Assembly: GCA_030390025.1 (NCBI GenBank)
Contig: CM059432.1
Coordinates: 26,290,001 to 26,354,000, forward strand
Origin: Squalus acanthias
Lineage: Eukaryota
Length of the DNA stretch: 64,000 bases
Direction of reading: 5' to 3'
The position numbers and the translations under genes are program-made. The notes below the pieces were generated by a model, which was not told the DNA's origin, made no database searches, and was given only the letters and a program-made list of their open reading frames with translations. Position 1 is the first letter of the stretch. Each line of letters opens with the position of its first letter. This document shows positions 25,255-37,978 of the stretch, piece by piece.

Positions 25255-28078
25255 TCATTTAAAGAAATATTCCAAAATTCTCAACGAATATACATTCCAG
25301 TGAGAAATAAAAACTCCACGGGAAAAGTGATCCATCCGTGGCTAACTAAAGAAGTTAAGGATAGTATTAGATTAAAAGAAGAGGCTTATAATGTTGCAAA
25401 GAATAGTAGTAAGCTTGAGGATTGGGAGAGCTTTAGAAACCAGCGAAGGATGACCAAAAAATTGATAAAAAGGGAGAAACAGAATATGAGAGTAAATTAG
25501 CAAGAAATATAAAAACGGAGTGTAAGAGCTTCTTCAAGTATGTAAAAAGGAAGAGAGTAGCAAAAATAAGCATTGGTCCCTCAGAGGCTGAGACAGGAGA
25601 AATTATTTTGGGGAACAAGGAAATGGCAGAGGATTTTGTATCTGTCTTCGCAATAGAAGACACAAAAAGTATACCAAAATTAGTGGGGAACCAAGGGGCT
25701 AATGAGAACGAGGAACTTAAAGTAATTAATATCAGTAGAGAAAAAGTACTTGAAAAACTAATGGGACTAAAAGCCGACAAATCCCCTGGACCTGATGGCC
25801 TACATCCTAGGGTTCTAAAAGTGGTGGCTGCAGAGATAGTGGATGCATTGGTTGTGATCTTCCAAAATTCCCTAGATTCAGGTAAGGTCCCAGCAGATTG
25901 GAAGGTAGTAAATGTAACTCCGCTATTCAAGAAAGGAGGGAGAGAGAAAACCGGGAATTACAGGCCAGTTAGCCTGACATCAGTCGTCGGGAAAATGCTG
26001 GAATCCATTATTAAGGAAGTGGCACTTAGAAAATCATAATGGCCCTGAATTTGCGGTTGGAGGCTTCCCACGGGAAAATGCCTCCAATCCGCAAATAAAA
26101 AGACCGCGTACCTGGTGGTCCAGAGATTCGCGGTCCTGGGCCTCTCTGGGTACCTGTGGGAAGAGGCCCACATATCCCAGGGGCACATGTGATTCACAAG
26201 CGCCCCTGGGATCATGTTGGTCGGCCCAACGAATGACAGAAGGGAATCCCCATTCATGCTTTTGAGGATTCCGTATGTACGGAAACCCCATAAGTATGAA
26301 TGAGAATACCCCAAAAAATACCTCTACACTTCAAATAAAAAAAATTTTAAAATCACATAATTAAAATTAATTAAAATGGCATTTAATTAAATATTTAAAA
26401 CAAAAATTTAATTTTTTGAAAAATAAATTTATATGTTTTAAAGGGCCTAAAAATAAACTTACCTTATTTCACAGGTTTTTAAATGTATAAATTATTGATA
26501 AAATTTTATTTTTCTGCTTTTTAAAACTCTTATGCCTGCTTTTACCAGGCGTAAGAATTTCACGGGCATTCGCTGGGCAGAAGTTGGGCAAATAGCCCAA
26601 CTCTCCGCTCGCGAATGCCCTTTTCCCGGGGATGCGGATGATCTGTCAAGATCTTGACAGATCGCAAGTTCCGGGTTTTAGCGCATGCGCAGCACATGCC
26701 AAAACCTGAAACTTGCACGGCCCTTACGGGCGAGTGCGCACCTCATACGCACCCGTAGGGGCCGTAAATTATGCCCAATATGATTAGGCAGAGTCAACAT
26801 GGTTTTATGAAAGGTAAATTGTGTTTGACAAATTTATTATTAGAGTTTTTTGAAGATGTAACTAGCAGGGTAGGTAAAGGGGAACCAGTGGATGGAGTCT
26901 ATTTGGATTTCCAAAAGGCATTTGATAAGGTGCCACATAAAAGGTTATTAAGCAAGATAATGGCACAAGGGGTTGGGGGTAAGGTATTAGCAAGGATAAA
27001 GGATTGGTTAACAGACAGAAAACAGAGAGTAGGGACAAACGGGTCATTTTCAGATTGGCAGGCTGTAACTAGTGGAGTGCCGCAAGGATTAGTGCTTGTG
27101 CCTCAGCTATTTACAATCTATATTAATGACTTAGATGAAGGGACCGAGTGTAATGTATCCAAGTTTGCTGATTACAAAACTAAGTGGAAAAGTAAGATGT
27201 GAGGAGGATGCAAAGAGCCTGAAAAGGGATATAGACACGTTAAGTGAGTGGGCAATAACGTGGCAGATGGAGTATAATGTGGGGAAATGTGAGGTTATTC
27301 ACTTTGGTAGGAAGAATAGAAAAACAGAATATTTTTTAAATGGTGAGAAACTATTAAATGATGGTGTTCAGAGAGATTTAGGTGTCCTAGTATAAGAAAC
27401 AGAGAGAGTTAGCATGCAATTACAGCAAGCGGCAAATGGCATGATGGCCTTTATTACTAGATGGTTGGAGTACAAGAGTAAGGAAGTCTTGCTACAATTG
27501 TACAGGGCTCTGGTGAGACTACACCTGGAGTGCTGTGCATAGTTTCAGTCTCCTTATTTAAGGAAGAATATACTTGCCTCAGAGGCGGTGCAATGAAGGT
27601 TCACTAGATTGATCCCTGGAATGAGAGGGTTGTCCTATGAGGAGAGATTGAGTAGATTGTGCCTATTCGCTCTGAAGTTTAGAAGAATGAGAGGTGATCT
27701 CATTGAAACATATAAGATTCTGAGGGGGATTGACAGTAGATGCTGAGAGATTGTTTCCCCTGGCTGGAGAGTCTAGAACTAGGGGACATAGTCTCAGGAT
27801 AAGGGGTCGGTCATTTAAGACTGAGATGAGGAGGAATTTCTTCAGAGGGTTGTGAATCTTTGGAATTCTCTGCCCCAAAGTGCTGTGGATGTTCAGTTGT
27901 TGAGTATATTCAAGGTTGAGATAGATAGATTTTTTGGACTCCAGAGGAATTAAGGGATATGGGGATAGGGCAGGAAAGCGGAGTTGAGGTCGAAGATCAG
28001 CCATGATATTATTGAATGGCAGAGCAGGCTCGAGAGGCCGTATGGCCTACTCCTGCACCTAATTCTTATGTACTTATG
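25255..28078 (+). mobile_element. Decayed CR1 ORF2 (5'-truncated), interrupted by a MITE
   Basis: KSPGPDGLHPRVLK, GNYRPVSLTS, SQHGF, GVPQG, SKFAD; multiple stops and frameshifts. Confidence 0.92.
26041..26776. mobile_element. ~740-bp Harbinger-type MITE (copy B, divergent subfamily)
   Basis: TIRs GGCCCTGAATTTGCGG and CCGTAAATTATGCCC. AAT TSD falls inside CR1 codons HLENH-N-MIRQ. Confidence 0.9.
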
Positions 28079-29989
28079 CTTTGCTCTTACTGAGGGGCAA
28101 TGCAGTGGAAATAGGGGCAGAGACCTGTTAAACTGTGTCTCTCTTCCCTATGCACTTAATGTGAATTTCCCAGGATATCTCCAAGCAGAAAGCTTCCACA
28201 TTCAAATGCAACTCAAATGAAGTGAAAGTGGCAACAAAACACCTGCTTGGAAGGCACTGAGAAACCAACCTGTCCACTGAAAATGAACCTTGTAGTTTAC
28301 ACCTGGCCCCTTCAGACTGGAGTATCTCAAAAGGGGCTGGCAGCAACCTGCAACAACATCTGAACAAGTAGTTAATTATTATTTCAACAGTGGGACTGAG
28401 ATCATTTGGATGTTGTTTTTGGAAAGAAGCCAGATTGACTCAAAGCCACTGGCTATTAAATATCTGTCTATATAATTAAAAATGTTAGATTTTTATGCAC
28501 TTCCCTGCCTGCACAACTTCACTTCCTATTGTTACATTTTTGTCATACTTGTGTAAATTCTTTACCATGAACCTCTCCGTCCACATTTATAATGGGTTTT
28601 TGCTCTCTGTGCAACCTGGCCACTGGATCCCTATAAATCACTCAAAATGCTTTCTGAAATTTTTTCATCCGCTCTTTTTTTCTCAGTATCTGAAATTTGT
28701 ATTGTCCAAAACAAGGATTTAAAGAAAATTTATTAAAATTTATATATTTCACAATAAATTTATCCATTGAATTGCTTTTTTATTGAAGTTTTCACTTGAA
28801 GACCTCAACTACTCACAAAAGCCTGAGCTTCAATATGATATTGTACCACAGCTGTGCCTCCATTAGCTGAACTTGGATTGTGCAGTCTGCGCGAATGAAG
28901 TGTGCCTAATTTCCAATCATCCATGAGTATCATTTTTTCATCAGTTCTGATGGAGAATTTTTCTTTAGCTTCTAGCATTCTCTGCTAGGTAGCTTTTTTT
29001 TAAATAACTATGAAAATCAAAGGGACACATTTCAATCCTTTATTGATGTAAAATTTATATTGAGTGTTTTTCTTAAAAACACAGAGCGCCCAAGTCAATG
29101 GAAAGTAAAATCAGGCGCGGTATAAAATGGGTGACTAATCTAATCCCATTAGTTTCCCACTGAGCGGGTTAGGTTAAAATGAACCCTATAGCTTTTGTTT
29201 TGCGTTCTATAAACTTAAGAAATTGTATTAAGCTGAGGAAGAGAGAGAGATGGACAGAGATTGAGGTCAGAGAATGAGGTAGGCTGTGACTGAAAAGGGG
29301 TAGGCTAGAGAGAGAGTGAGAGAAGCGCTGAAATTTCAAAGGTTTGGTAAGGCATAAACCCAATGGATCTATCTGGGTGGTGGTGGGAGGGGGTCGAATC
29401 AGAAATTAAGACTTAGAGAGGATCTTCCAGTTCTATGCCCATTTAAGTTCCATTTTAAATTCCACAAATAAGTGCAGAAGGGTTTAAGATGCACATACCC
29501 GAGCTAATGCGCAGCCATTTCTTCAGAAGGATTTAGGCCAGGATGATGACATTTGTCCTAAATTGCAACACCTGTGCTGATTTAATTTAACAAACCAGCA
29601 GAGAGAAAGCTGATTCTGGAATCTTAAAGGTTAATTGCTATGTTTTACTGTGCTGTTATGTAGAGATTTAAGGGGTGAATTTCCATCGTAATTCTCACGA
29701 TTGTCTACTGTAACTGCCGTTCATACCATTTGTCTGCCGGTTTTGCGGCTCTTATGCCGAGAGATGATCGGAAGACGCCCTCACCTCCCTCCCCCCGACT
29801 GAAATTGACTCCATTATTACTGCCCCCCCACCGTGTGAATATGTTATCCTTTATTTTAGAGACTCCAAGCTTCACCTGGAAGTCTCCCTCAAGACTGTTT
29901 TTTGTGTGGGAAGTTTTCCTGAAGTATATGGTTAGGCTGCAGCATGTCATTACTGCACTCAGTTCTTGGCCACTGGTTGATTTCTAGGG

Positions 29990-30841
29990 GTAACTGGCGA
30001 CTTCAGCAAGGTCAGTCAGTTTGCTGTCCAGTCTTGCATAATGCAAGTATTTAATGCCGCATTTGCCAGGGCAGCCCAGTTCATTACATTTGACACTGGA
30101 GCAAAATAATTCAGTGAGCGGGCCATTAATTTTCATTGGATCGCTAGCTTTCTATGAGTGCTTCGGGCTCCAGATTGCACTCATATGGCCATTCAAGCCC
30201 CTATTGTCAACACACATGATAATGTCAACTGAAAGAGACTTCACTCCCTTAATGCCCAATTAGTGTGCAACCACAGGTGCATGTTTCTGAAATTCAATGC
30301 CCAGTATGCAGGGAGCTGCAATGATTCATTTATCTTTTAGCAGTTTAGTGTCCCTGCACAGAATGAAGGAAAAGGCACTGTCTGGCTTCTTGAAGACAAT
30401 GAATATCCAAGAGTAGAGTGGCTGCGAATACCGAAGAGAAGGACCACCAGTGAGGCGAAAGGACTCTACGACGAGGCACACATCCACATTCAAAGTAAAA
30501 CTGAGCAGGCCAATGATATGTTAAAGGGACGATTTTGGTTTTTATTCAGTCCAGGGGGCTCCCTCCAGTCTGCTCCCAATGTTATATCACAAATTGTGGT
30601 GGCCTGCTGTGCCTTCCACAATTTGTTCTTCAGAAAGGCCTGGAAATTGATTCCTGGCATGGAGACAGAATCGGAAGCTGAATCCCCTGAGACAGAGGGA
30701 GTCAGACGTGAGGATGGTGCAGTAGGATCACAGACAGCTGATGGGAGAGAGCTGCGAGACAAACTCATCAGAGAGACTTTCAGTAGGTATGATCCGATTA
30801 TAATTAGACAACTTTTGCAGCAACCAAGCTGCACCATATAA
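29990..30841 (+). pseudogene. Decayed Harbinger (HARBI1-like) DDE transposase
   Basis: FHSLNAQLVCNH...NAQYAGSCNDSFI, WLLED..YP, TEQANDMLKGRF...GGSLQ..P...SQIVVACCAFHN, RELRDKLIRETFS. Possible left TIR GGGGTGAATTT at ~29672. Confidence 0.85.
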
Positions 30842-31374
30842 TTTACACGTACAGCTCTTCAGAACACTTCATCATCATTAAAAGCTGAAGTTCCAGAAGG
30901 GCACCCAAGTCCCCAAGCATCTTTTTCAGATCGAGTGCAACTTTAAGTTTTCAACAGAAAAGTCATGAATGTCATAATATTATTTTTAACAACAATATTC
31001 ATGTAAAAGTTCTAGAGCTTTATATAACTGAAAAGTCAATAAGAATCACCACTTGCACTATGCTTGTGGCTTTTTGCTTCTTCCTCATTGCTAGGCACTG
31101 CAGCATCACCACTGGCAGCAGGGTTTAATTACAACATGACAAGTTTACATAGACTGTTTCCATTATAAATGTCGATCTAGGAATTTATAATGGAATTATA
31201 AAAATAAGGACAGAATGAGAGACTTTAAAATGGTGACTGAATTATGTCTGCACACCCTGGTCCAATTATTTCCCACTCTGAAGACAACACTTGACTTTGC
31301 CTTCTTGCAATGCCATGACAGATCAATTTGAATATTATATTTATTAAACATTGTGCTGAATATTGTGGAAAAAA

Positions 31375-31503
31375 GGGGTAATTTTACAACTTCACGCTAC
31401 TAATGGGCAGCCTTGTCCACTAGCAGCAAATATTGAAAACTCAGGCATGTATTGCCCATAATTTTCTGAACTTCATTGCTGTGCAGGCTTGTAAAATTAC
31501 CTC
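31375..31503. mobile_element. Small Harbinger-like MITE
   Basis: TIRs GGGGTAATTTTACAA and TTGTAAAATTACCTC; TSD not evident. Confidence 0.55.
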
Positions 31504-31512
31504 ATTATAAAC

Positions 31513-31670
31513 GTGTGCATCTGCAGGCACAGGTTGCTGCAAGTCAATGCCCAGTATGCAGGAAGCTGCAATGATTTATTTATCTTTTGGCAGTCCAGTG
31601 TCACTGCACAGAATGAAGGGAAAGGCATTGGCTGGCTTCTTGGAGACAATGATTATGCAACACTATTGTG
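31513..31670 (+). pseudogene. Second partial copy of the Harbinger transposase core
   Basis: VNAQYAGSCNDLFI...GWLLGDNDY, collinear with 30263-30410. Confidence 0.75.
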
Positions 31671-31789
31671 GCTTTCCTTTTTTGAAAGTTGCTATTGAAT
31701 CTCCTTCCTCACTTTCAGGGAATGCATTCCAGATCATAACAACTCCCTGCATAAAAAAGTTTATTTTCCTCTCTCCTCTGAGAAGTGTA

Positions 31790-32602
31790 TTTTTTTTATT
31801 CCTTCCTAGGATGTAGGCATCGCTGGCAAGGCCAGCATTTATTACCCATCCCTAATTGCCCTTGAGAAGGTGGTGGTGAGCCGCTGCAGTCCTTGTGGTG
31901 ATGGTACTCCTACAGTACTGTTAGGGAGAGAGTTCCAGGATTTTGACCCAGCGACAATGAAGGAACGGCAATATATTTCCAAGTCAGGATGGTGTGTAAC
32001 TTGATGGGGAGCTTGCAGGTGGCGGTGTTCCCATGTGTCTGCTGCCCTTGTCCTTCTAGGTGGAAGAGGTCGTGGGTTTGGGAGGTGCTGCCGAAGAAGC
32101 CTTGGCGAGTTGCTGCAGTGCATCTTGTAGATGGTACACACTGTATTGTGCACTTCCTCGATGGTTGATACTCCTTGTGCACAGACTAGTCTTGTAGTCC
32201 CTCGAGTATAGAAGATTAAGAGTGATATAGTTGAGGTGCTTAAGATGATTAAAAGTTTTGATAGGGTAGGTAGAGAGAAACTATTTACTCTGGTGGGGGA
32301 GTCCAGAACAAGGGGGCACAACCTTAATATTAGAGCTAGGCCATTCAGCGGTGATGTCAGGAAGCACTTCTTCACACAAAGGGTTTTGGAAATCTGGAAC
32401 TTTCTCCAGAAAAGCTGCGAGGCTAGGTCAATTGAAAATTTCAAAACTGAGATTGCTAGATTTTTGTTAGGCATGGTTTTTAAGGGTTACAGCACCAAGG
32501 CAGATAGATGGAGTTAAGATACAGATTAGCCATGATCTAATTGAATGGCAGAACAGGCTTGAGGGGCTGAATGGCCTACTCCTGTTCCTATATTCGTATG
32601 TT
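31790..32602. mobile_element. LINE 3' fragment (-, ~31790-32150) adjacent to a CR1 3' fragment (+, ~32190-32602)
   Basis: The first part is antisense to 4990-5340. The second reads TRGHNL...RKHFFTQRV. Confidence 0.8.
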
Positions 32603-32932
32603 CCTTAGTAATTTATCCTGTGGTTATTCTTCCTTGAATGATTAAATAGGTTGGGTGGAGAGCAAATTGCACGTGTTTTTATAAATGATAGTGGTTCCAG
32701 TCATGTTGAGATAATGGGAGCATCATCAGTGAAAGACAGTCAGTGTAGCATACTATAGATTGTAATGTTAGATTGTTATCTGAGATATTTACTTCATTAT
32801 GTTTAGGAGTCAAAAAGACATTTCAGTTTCCTTTTCTCTGGCATTTGTCTGTATAAATTTATCTCTCAGAGGAAATTAAGTTGAATAGACTCCATGGCTA
32901 TGCAAATTACACAGTCTGTTAGAAGAAGCAAC

Positions 32933-33386
32933 GGGCAACACGGTGGCATAGTGGTTAGCACTGGTGCCTCACAGCGCCAGGGACCCGGGTTCGAATCTGG
33001 CCTCGGGTGACTGTGTGGAGTTTGCACATTCTCCCTGTGTCTGCGTGGGTTTCCTCCGGGTGCTCCAGTTTCCTCCCACAGTCCAAAAATGTGCGGGTTA
33101 GGTTGATTTGGCTATGATAAATTTACCCTTAGTGTTAGGGGGGATTAAATATGTGGGGTTACGGGGATAGGATAGGAAGGGATATGTTAGGGGGAATTAA
33201 ATACGTGGGGTTACGGGGATAGGGTGGGATATGTGTTGGTGCAGGCTCGATGGGGATTCTGTGTGAGAAAGCAGGGACAGGGTACTGGATTTGGATGATC
33301 AGCCATGATCGTATTGAATGGTGGAGCAGGCTCGACGGGCCGAATGGCCTACTCCTGCTCCTAGTTTCTATGTTTCTATGTTTCTA
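32933..33386 (+). mobile_element. V-SINE/HE1-like tRNA-derived SINE with a CR1-like 3' tail
   Basis: A-box TGGCATAGTGG, B-box GGTTCGAATC, V-domain-like TGTGTGGAGTTTGCACATTCTCCC...GGTTTCCTCCGGGTGCTCC, (TTTCTATG)n tail. Confidence 0.9.
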
Positions 33387-33554
33387 TAGAGGTGTTTAAA
33401 ATTGTGAAAGCATGGGAGAGAGCTGATAGAAACAAAATTGTGATTGAGGGGTCTAGAACAAGAGGCCATAAGCATAAGATTAAATGTAAGAAAGAGAACA
33501 AGATCATTTTTTAATACAGAGATTTGAGAAACCAAGTCAACATTTAAGAATAGG

Positions 33555-34125
33555 TTACATAGGATTACATAGAATATACAGCTCAGAAACAGGCCATTCG
33601 TGCCAATCAGTCCATGCCGGTGTTTATGCTCCACTCGAGCCTTCTTCCGTCTTTCCTTATCTATCAGCATAACCCTCTATTCCCTTCTCCCTCATATGCT
33701 TGTCGAGCCTCCCGTTAAATTCATCTATACAATTCACCTCAACCACTCCCTGTGGTAGCGAGTTCCACATTCTCACCACTCTCTGGGTAAAGAAGTTTCT
33801 TCTGAATTCCATATTGGATTTCTTGGTGACTATCTTATATTGATGGCCTCTAGTTTTGCTCTTCCCCACAAGTGGAAACACGTTCTCTGTGACTACCCTA
33901 TCAAAACCTTTCAGAATTTTAAGGATGTCTATTAGGTCATCCCTCAGCCTTCTCTTCAAAAGAAAAGAGACCCAGCCTGTTCATTCATTCCTGCTAGGTA
34001 CCATCCTTGTAAATCTGTTTTGCACCCTCTCCAGTGCCTCTATATCCTTTTTATAATATCTACAGCAGGATTGTACACTGTACTCCAAGTGTGGTCTAAC
34101 CAATGTCCAATAAAACTTTAGCATA
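33555..34125 (-). mobile_element. CR1 3' fragment
   Basis: KRRLRDDLI...TRGHQYK...FFTQRVVRMWN. Confidence 0.88.
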
Positions 34126-34144
34126 GGTGGTTAGCATATGTTAG

Positions 34145-34677
34145 TGTTGGTGAAAAATGAATTCACTCGAGTCTGTCTCAAAGCAGAAGATCACAGTTTA
34201 TTTAACAGAGAGCGCTGGGAGAAGAGCCATAGACCCCGCGGTCTAGTGATCCACTTCTCGACATTACAGTGGTATCGGAACTTCTTTTATACATTATAGG
34301 GTCGGATACACAGTTCATTACATGCAAATGTCTCCACCCATTCACATTCCCTCAGCAACAAACTCCTTAATTATAATCTGCACTTTAAGCTAAATTTTTC
34401 TTGTTACTTCCCTTTCGAAACTATAAACATAGAGTGTTGCGTCACATCTGTCCGGCAGGACTGGCTGGTCATGCAGTGATTGGTTCTCAAGTGTAACCGC
34501 TGTACTATTATTGTCTTAGTGGGCCTCCTTGGTGCCTCGCACGTACGCACGTTGACCACAGACATTACTCATCGCACTGTGTCAGCGAAACCATTCTGTA
34601 TTTACGAATTTACCTTTTACAGCACATTCTTTAACTTTTACATTGCTGCTTTAAGCCCTATAATTTTTACCCTAACA
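34145..34677 (-). mobile_element. Solo LTR (533 bp)
   Basis: Ends TGTTGGTGAAAAAT and ATTTTTACCCTAACA; perfect 5-bp TSD GTTAG. On the - strand TATAAAAG (~34290) lies upstream of AATAAA (~34200). Confidence 0.88.
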
Positions 34678-35159
34678 GTTAGATAGGTAGTTGAAGGAAA
34701 GGGGACTAAAGAGATAGGGGAACAGGGCAGGAAAATGGGTTGAGGACTAGTCCAGGAGGATAAACACTAACATGGACTGGTTTGAGGTGAATGGCCTGTT
34801 TCTGTGTTGTAATTTCCATGTAATTCTATATAATGGGCCCTTGCGGGGGGGCACATTCAACATATGCCAATTCTGTGAGGAAAAAGTTTCTAATCAGGTC
34901 TTATTTGAGGTTTGTTAGATAAAGCGGTTTTCTTGTTCTTTCCTTGCAAATGCATCATTTATAACCCACACCACTGTAAAGATCTGGATCATGCTTCTCT
35001 CAAACTTCCTTAAATATTTAAAAATAAAGTGTAATAATTTAATGACATCAGCTACAAGTCAATTTTCCTATATGAGGCCCTTTTGTAACTGATAGGGATG
35101 TGTATGTTTATGATCCATTCCTAAATGAGGCGTTTTTCTCTCTCTTACTCTCTTGCAAC

Positions 35160-37372
35160 TGATAGGGATGCCGTTCACACGCGTTAAATGTCTGTTCTAC
35201 GGGAGAAATTGTCCGTGATGCATACACGACCGGTACTTGCGTCCCGTGTCTCTCCTGTAAGAGGATGGCTGAGAGTGAGGCGTCCGAGGCCCCCAGTTCC
35301 CAACAGTAGGGTTTCCCCGGATTGGGTGTTTTCAACACGGGCGCTTGAGCTATCACTTGTTTCATTATCATTACTGCTTGTTCCTGTGGCTCGACCCATT
35401 CCCATGTTGCCCCCTTCTTAAGGAGGGCCTACAACGGGGCTGTCTTAGCTGCAAAATCCTCCACAAATTCCTGGTGATACCCCACCACTTCCAAGAAGGT
35501 TCGCAAGGAAGGTCCGTCCTTAGGCATCAGTGTCTGCCCGATAGCAGACACTTTGTGCTCTGGCGCCTTCCGTGATCTGTACTCTAGGATGACTCCTAAG
35601 CACTGAACCTGGGACAGTGCGGCTCGGACCTTGAAGGCACTGCTCTCCAGGAGCTTTAACTACACTTCCAATAGCTCCCTATGCTGCTCCATGGATTCCA
35701 TATGTAGAAGCATGTCATCTACATACTAGGCTGTAGGTGTCGAGGAAACAGTACCCAACACCTGATGGAAAATGGAGGGGGAGTTGTGGAATCCCTGGGG
35801 TGAATAGGTCCATTTATATTGTTGGTCCTCCAGACTAAAGGCGAATTTGTACTGGCACTGTTTTGTTAGAGGAACCGACCAAAATCCATTAGAAATATCT
35901 AAGACGGTAAAGAATCGTGATTGGGCAGTGGTTGTCATAAGTGTCTCTGGGAACAAGGCTACCGTAGGCGAGATGGAGGGGGTATGTTTATTCACTTCGC
36001 GGTAACCGATAGTCAATCGCCACGACCCGTCCGGTTTCTTGACTGGGTGAATTGCTGGTACTGGCCATTTTTCGGTGCACCCCTTGCTCAAGTAATGTCT
36101 GAACTATTTCGCAGACGGATTGCTCGCCTCCTCCGGGAAATGGTACAGTCGGGCCGGTTGAGGTGGATCCGGTCCCAGAATAACCATGTCCTATTGTAAG
36201 TGCCCACAGTCATTCTTGAGCATGGCCCAGCACTGCGCCTGCCTCAACAACTGTCCTCCACTGGGCATCCTAACAAACATCTTCTTTGCAGCCGGGTCAG
36301 ATTTTCGCAATTGTAAAGGGGAAAGATGGTCTTAAAATGATACCAAAGTCAATTGCACTCGAGCAGGGATTTCATACAAGTCCTACTGGCATTGGTCCCA
36401 AACCCAACGGCCATCCAAATGGCGGCTGTAGTTCCTTCCCAGTCCCCTCCCGCATTTCGTATCGGGGTCAGAAGACCCTTAAACACGTCTGGGTGATGCA
36501 CATGTAATACCAGCTAAACTCGCTCTCCCCTATCACAGTTATGCAACGGAATGGTTTGTTCTGTGGCTGAGAGCATTGGGCTGGGGTCCTTTTGTTTCAA
36601 CTGGGGAATATTGCGGATTATATTCTGGATCTGGGTCGAACTGTACGGGACACTTGTTGCCATGTGGTCCTCGTTCGCGTCAGATTTAAGGATCGTTACA
36701 GCGGTCATCGGTTTACGGGGGCCAACTCGCCTTCCCAATCAACAACCCCATCCTCCGCAATATTGTCTTTATCGTCCCCTCCTCCCATTGCTTTAAACTA
36801 ATTGCGTGTACCATGCCCTTGTGGGATTTAATCCGTTCCCATAAAAGGTTTATAATCTGATGAAGGAGCAGCGCTCCGAAAGCTTGTGATTTCAAATAAA
36901 GCTGTTGGACTATAACCTGGTGTTGTGCGACTTCTCACTTTTGTCCACCCCAGTCCAATACCGGCATCTCCGCATCATGGTTTATAATCTGTCAGCCGCC
37001 AACGTGGCTAGCTCCCCCACCTAGTGCTGCTTGATCCTTCCTGATCATATCTGCCATGGTACGAGTGGTGGTGACCTGAACTGTCAGTTTTCTCTTCTGT
37101 TTGCCTACCCTCAATCTTACATCCTCAGTTTTCATTTCTATCATTCTGTGAATCTTATATCCTCATTCTGTTTGTGTTTAGTCACCTGTTCTTGCAATGC
37201 CCTAATCTCCTCCCGGGCCCACCTACTTTCCTTTTTTAACTGCTCTTGTCACAGCCGGGCTAGTTCCTGTGTTTGGAACAGCATTGTTACTGCCTTTCTG
37301 TCATCCTCCCTCATTCTCTTTTCTTCAACCAGTTGTTGTTTGCGATCCTTCACTTCCTTCAAGGCATTACAT
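35160..37372 (-). pseudogene. Decayed retroviral-like gag-pol relic (foamy/lokiretrovirus-like RT)
   Basis: PVKKPDGSWRLTI.YR.VN, FTVLDISNGFWSVPL, QYKFAF, PQGFHNSPSIFH, YVDDMLL (~35705-35725), tether/RNase H-like APVL..P...ASDASLSAILLQ...VVYASR. Coiled-coil-like gag part at 37100-37370. Confidence 0.85.
36860..36978 (+). mobile_element. ~120-bp Penelope family B 3'-end insertion beginning at the hammerhead core
   Basis: Near-identical to 16864-16983. 13-bp TSD GGTTTATAATCTG at 36847-36859 and 36979-36991. Confidence 0.9.
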
Positions 37373-37978
37373 TCCTGGGTTTTGTGCTCAAGTGTCTGGA
37401 GTGGGGCTTGAATCAACAACCTTCTGACTCAGAGACGACTGTTAACTAGCCTTCAAACATCATAGTGTCTTCTCAAAGCAACAGTTGGTGCAGGGCTATT
37501 GTTGCATTAGTTCGGCTGAGGTTGGAGTATTATGTGCTGTTTTGGTTATCCCATTATTAGGAAGAATATAAAAACAATGAATAAGGACTAGCATAGGTTT
37601 ACTAGGATATTACCTAGACCTGTACCTTTAAAGTATGCAGGTGACTGTGATGGGAAAGATCAAAATCATTAAAGTCAAGTATCAAAGTGATAAAAGAAGT
37701 TGTGTCTGACAGGATTCAGCTGAGACCAGATAGTACTGAACATTAATAGCTTTCATCCAGTACCACCGGTTTCATCTGAGAGATTGGAAAAGAGGATTTG
37801 AGCTAATTCTTCAAAGTTGTCCTGCTTTTTCGTGAGTCTGTAAGGAATTAGTGCTGAAATGTACCTATCCATCTCTCTCTCTCTCTCTACCATAATGTCT
37901 CCGTATCACTGTCTCTGAGTATTGCTGGTTCTGTGTTTCTATGTCTCTGTGTGTCCCTATGTATCTTTATGTCTCTTT

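Noticed and set aside
32933..33005. tRNA gene
   Set aside because: It is a SINE head continuing into a V-domain-like body; the same applies to the tRNA-like head at 57960-58027.
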